Made by a program: the position numbers and the translations under genes
NCBI GenBank assembly: GCA_963548735.1
Contig: CAUUVW010000001.1
Span: 11,602 to 75,601 of the forward strand
Direction: 5' to 3'
DNA: 64,000 nucleotides
Source of the DNA: an uncultured Candidatus Saccharibacteria bacterium
GTDB lineage: Bacteria; Patescibacteriota; Saccharimonadia; Saccharimonadales; Saccharimonadaceae
Shown: in pieces, positions 60,549 through 64,000 of the stretch
Numbering within the stretch: position 1 is the first letter of the stretch
Layout of the letters: every line of letters begins with the position of its first letter
The notes under the pieces: model-generated
What the model was told of the DNA's origin: nothing
Databases searched by the model: none
The model's input: the letters and a program-made list of their open reading frames with translations, nothing else

Positions 60549-61757
60549 CTAGTATGAATGATACTTCAACCAATGGGCGTAAGCACCCTGGATTCCGCCA
60601 TAACGACGATCACAATACTGCTTGAACCAACGCAGCTGAGTGATCGGGTTAGTCGCCCAGTCGGCACCAACCGACCCCATCTTGCTACCCGGTAAGGCCT
60701 GCGGTAGACCATATGCTCCACCCATACCCTTCGCCGTCACTCGCCAACCTGATTCGTGACTGATGATGTAATTCACCGCACCATAGTCGCTCTCAGCGAT
60801 ACCCGCCATCGCCATCCAGTCAGTATGGCTGCCCGGTGGTAGCTCTACTTTCGTCCCCTTGATCTCGACCTGGGCTATCGGCGCCTCAGTGATCACCTCA
60901 GAGATCTTCTGACGAGCCACTTCGACACCATTTTGCATGTTGACTTGATAGATAACCGTCTTCTTACCGGGGTGACCGGCTGTCTGAACCTCATGATAAC
61001 CCAGCTTCTTACCGGCATCTTCAATTACTTTAGTCTCAAAGGGGACGGCCTCTACTTGGTCGACTGTTTGCACCCCATTACGCCAGACTTGCAGATCCAT
61101 ACCATCGCTCACCCCGGTCTGCTGCGGTAGCGACATGGTGTCACTGGCGCCCAGCTTGATATTCGCTTCCTTTAGCATACCGGCGATAGTCTTCTGCTGA
61201 GTTCTCAGAGTTAGCCGCTGTCCGTACAGTCTCAGATTAACTGTCTTCGCCCTGGTAATCTCGACCACCTGACCAATACCGCCCGAATCAAGAAAGCTGT
61301 CGATCGGCGTAGTCTGAGCTATGTCATGCGACTTAAGCTTGACGCCGGCCTGTTCCGATATCTTGTTGATGTCGGTCTCAGCGGTCATAACCCTAGTTCT
61401 CACCGACTTCTCATCAACAATGGTGACAGGGCGAGCCCGCTTAATGTTAATAATATTGGAGTCCCGTGATAACTGGCTACTCAGCGACGGACTGACCTGA
61501 TCATGTCGCCCCACCCGGATCTTAGCATCAGCCAGAGCTTGCTTCACCGTGCGGCTCTTAGTGATAATAGTCTTCTCTAACTCGTGATCGTAGATAGTCA
61601 CCAGCCGACTGGAGCTATCTACTCGGTCGTTGGTTGCCCGCACCAGCCCGGTAAAGCTAGCCGATACCAGTGCGATGGTCATCACCAGAGCCAGCACCAG
61701 CCATCTAGTATGGATTCGTCGCATGACACTAATCACACCACGTAACTTGAATATCAT
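60549..61757 (-). CDS. YabE/RpfB-like protein: DUF348 repeats, G5 domain, C-terminal SLT-like transglycosylase
   Basis: TVKQAL...DQVSP repeats, G5 (GHPGKK...KGTK), HESGW...AYGLPQALP; conserved position next to rsmA. Confidence 0.88.
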   Translation of the reverse strand: MIFKLRGVISVMRRIHTRWLVLALVMTIALVSASFTGLVRATNDRVDSSSRLVTIYDHELEKTIITKSRTVKQALADAKIRVGRHDQVSPSLSSQLSRDSNIINIKRARPVTIVDEKSVRTRVMTAETDINKISEQAGVKLKSHDIAQTTPIDSFLDSGGIGQVVEITRAKTVNLRLYGQRLTLRTQQKTIAGMLKEANIKLGASDTMSLPQQTGVSDGMDLQVWRNGVQTVDQVEAVPFETKVIEDAGKKLGYHEVQTAGHPGKKTVIYQVNMQNGVEVARQKISEVITEAPIAQVEIKGTKVELPPGSHTDWMAMAGIAESDYGAVNYIISHESGWRVTAKGMGGAYGLPQALPGSKMGSVGADWATNPITQLRWFKQYCDRRYGGIQGAYAHWLKYHSY

Positions 61758-61814
61758 ATCCGCTTGTAATTATATCACACCGTCAAAATGTCGGTTCATT
61801 AAACCGGTCTACCG

Positions 61815-64000
61815 CTAGCCGTCCGCTCGACTAAGTGGAGCAAAGGCAACATTGAGCTTGCGGGTCTTGCCGTCATCAAAATAAACCTCCACCACTTGCC
61901 CATCGACTGAGGTGACTTGACCCGAGCCAAAGATTTGGTGCCGCACTCGGTCACCCAGACTAAGCTCTACCGGGTCCGGTTCATAGTGCGGTTCACTCGC
62001 TTGACTGCCGTGCCTAGCGGTATGCTGCAGCGATGATCCTCGCCGATAATTAGCCCAGCCCTGATAGTCGCCCACTTCATCTATGCCGGACTCATCGCCC
62101 GACACCATATCACTCACGTCTTGCACGAAAGGTGACGGCAGGTTGTAATGAGTCTCACCCCTGAGCATCCGACGCCGAGCGTAAGATAGCACCAGCTTCT
62201 TTTGCGCTCTAGTCATACCGACATAACAAAGCCGTCTCTCCTCCTCTGCTGCCGCCAGCTCCAGTGAGGAACGAGCACTGGGGAATAAGCCATCCTCCAT
62301 ACCCACCATAAAGACCACCGGATACTCTAGACCTTTAGCAGCGTGTAGGGTCATGAGAGTGACAGCGTCATCGTCATTAACGGCATCAGCCCCGCTCACC
62401 AATGCCACTTCCTCTAAAAAGCTCGCCAGATCACCATATTCCTTAGCCATCGAGATAAGCTCATCAACGTTCTGGCAGCGCTCTTCACCTCGCTCCGTGC
62501 CATCATCCAGGTAGCCGCCATAGTCAAAGCACCGCATGATTTCCTCTATGATCCGGTCAGGTGACTCAGTGCTGGCTAGCTTGTTTATCTCTGAAAGCGC
62601 CCGACCCAACTGACTCAAAGTCTTTCTAGCTCTAGAGGTAAGCTCGGCACAATCGTCCGCCCGCACTAAGGCATCTAGCACATTTAGCCCACTGCCACTC
62701 TGCCAAGCCAGAAACTTACCTACCGAGACTTCGCCTAAGCCTCGTTTTGGCACATTAACGACTCGGCGAAAGCTGATGGTGTCGCTAGGCTGATAAATTA
62801 GCTTTAGATATGCAATTAGATCTTTTATCTCCGCTCGGTCGTAAAAGCGCTGCCCACCGATCAGCCGATAGCGCAGACTGTTGCGAGTAAACATCTGTTC
62901 GAATACTCGTGACTGGGCATTCGTCCGATAAAGCACAGCGCAATCTCGGAGTCGATAACTGCCACTGGCGACCATTGCCCATATCTGATTAGCTACTCGC
63001 TCCGCTTCGTCAAACTCATTACCGGCGACTATTAGCTCGACCGGCTCGCCGCCTCGATTATCCGTCCACAATTTTTTATCGCTACGTTTAGTATTCTTAC
63101 TAATCACCCGGTGCGCCGCCTCAAGGATCTCTTCAGTCGAACGATAGTTCTGCTCCAGCTTGATCTGTCTCGCTCCGGGAAAATCTCGCTCAAAGTTAAG
63201 AATATTAGTATAGTCCGCCCCCCGCCAACTATAGATCGACTGCCAATCATCACCGACTACACAAATATTGCGCCGGTCATTCAGCAGCAGCTTGACCAGC
63301 CGATACTGCGCTTTGTTGGTATCTTGATACTCATCGATCAGAATATAACGAAACTGCTCCTGATATTTGCGTCGCACCTCTGACGACTTCTCGAGAAGTT
63401 GAACTGCATCAAGCAGCAGGTCGTCAAAGTCAAGCGCCACATTCTCCCGCAGTCGCCTTTCGTAGCGATCGTACACCTCTGCGGCAGCCTGTTGCAGACT
63501 GGACTGAGTAGCCTGACGTCGATACTGCTCAGGCGATAAACAAGCATTCTTGGCCTTAGAAATGTAGCTGACAATTGACCGAGAGCTAAACTGCTGCTCG
63601 GCTACACCCAGCTCTTTCATGACCGACTTAACCAGCGATAACCTATCGGCTTCGTCGAAGATAACGAAATTGCGAGCAATATCAATCTGATCGCCATCTT
63701 GTCTCAATAGACGAACGGCAATGGAGTGAAAGGTGCCCATCCAGGACATGAAACTTCGGTTATCCGCCACACTTAGCAAGCGGGCAAGTCGCCCTCGCAT
63801 CTCATTGGCCGCCTTGTTAGTAAAAGTAACCGCCAGTATCTCAGCAGGCTGAGCCAGCTCGCTAGCAATTATATAGGCGATACGGTGGATCAGCGCCTTG
63901 GTCTTGCCCGACCCCGCCCCGGCCTGGATCAAAAGCGGACCCTCGGTGGTCTCAACCGCCAGCCTCTGTTCCGGATTCAGACCGTCTAAGATACGCCTCT
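61815..64000 (-). CDS. pcrA: ATP-dependent DNA helicase PcrA/UvrD; 5' end beyond the window
   Basis: Frame stays open upstream (ILDGLNPEQRLAV...), AGAGSGKT, DEYQD, QSIYSWRGA, TLHAAKGLE, EEERRLCYVGMTRA. Confidence 0.96.
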   Translation of the reverse strand, partial: RRILDGLNPEQRLAVETTEGPLLIQAGAGSGKTKALIHRIAYIIASELAQPAEILAVTFTNKAANEMRGRLARLLSVADNRSFMSWMGTFHSIAVRLLRQDGDQIDIARNFVIFDEADRLSLVKSVMKELGVAEQQFSSRSIVSYISKAKNACLSPEQYRRQATQSSLQQAAAEVYDRYERRLRENVALDFDDLLLDAVQLLEKSSEVRRKYQEQFRYILIDEYQDTNKAQYRLVKLLLNDRRNICVVGDDWQSIYSWRGADYTNILNFERDFPGARQIKLEQNYRSTEEILEAAHRVISKNTKRSDKKLWTDNRGGEPVELIVAGNEFDEAERVANQIWAMVASGSYRLRDCAVLYRTNAQSRVFEQMFTRNSLRYRLIGGQRFYDRAEIKDLIAYLKLIYQPSDTISFRRVVNVPKRGLGEVSVGKFLAWQSGSGLNVLDALVRADDCAELTSRARKTLSQLGRALSEINKLASTESPDRIIEEIMRCFDYGGYLDDGTERGEERCQNVDELISMAKEYGDLASFLEEVALVSGADAVNDDDAVTLMTLHAAKGLEYPVVFMVGMEDGLFPSARSSLELAAAEEERRLCYVGMTRAQKKLVLSYARRRMLRGETHYNLPSPFVQDVSDMVSGDESGIDEVGDYQGWANYRRGSSLQHTARHGSQASEPHYEPDPVELSLGDRVRHQIFGSGQVTSVDGQVVEVYFDDGKTRKLNVAFAPLSRADG

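Overview
Compact, mostly minus-strand bacterial chromosomal segment using the standard genetic code (TGA is a stop). The gene complement and style suggest a Patescibacteria/CPR organism, probably Saccharibacteria; this is inference, not a database result. Housekeeping content: class A PBP, clpC-radA, nusA, pepN, rplS, an rnhB-yraN fusion, a PilB-type ATPase, gatCAB, rpmF-nusB-NUDIX-rnc, murF-leuS, a P-type ATPase, ligA, lemA-htpX, ogt, rarA, an OmpR-type two-component pair, iscS-DUF218-mnmA, an ABC-F, and pcrA-yabE-rsmA-metG-tatD, plus nine tRNA genes. I found no CRISPR array, rRNA, integrase or transposase. Most notable observations: (1) a 1701-aa repeat-containing protein with a C-terminal Pol-beta-superfamily nucleotidyltransferase (class I CCA/OAS/CD-NTase-like motifs) between radA and yacL, where Bacillus encodes disA; (2) a roughly 450-bp array of three long hairpins sharing a tandem-GA motif between gatB and pilB; (3) a small promoter- and terminator-bounded structured RNA between ligA and tRNA-Ala; (4) a 3-codon uORF/anti-SD attenuator upstream of a resistance-type ABC-F; (5) a perfect CIRCE element at clpC; (6) widespread leaderless-gene architecture, including a palindromic bidirectional -10 element.
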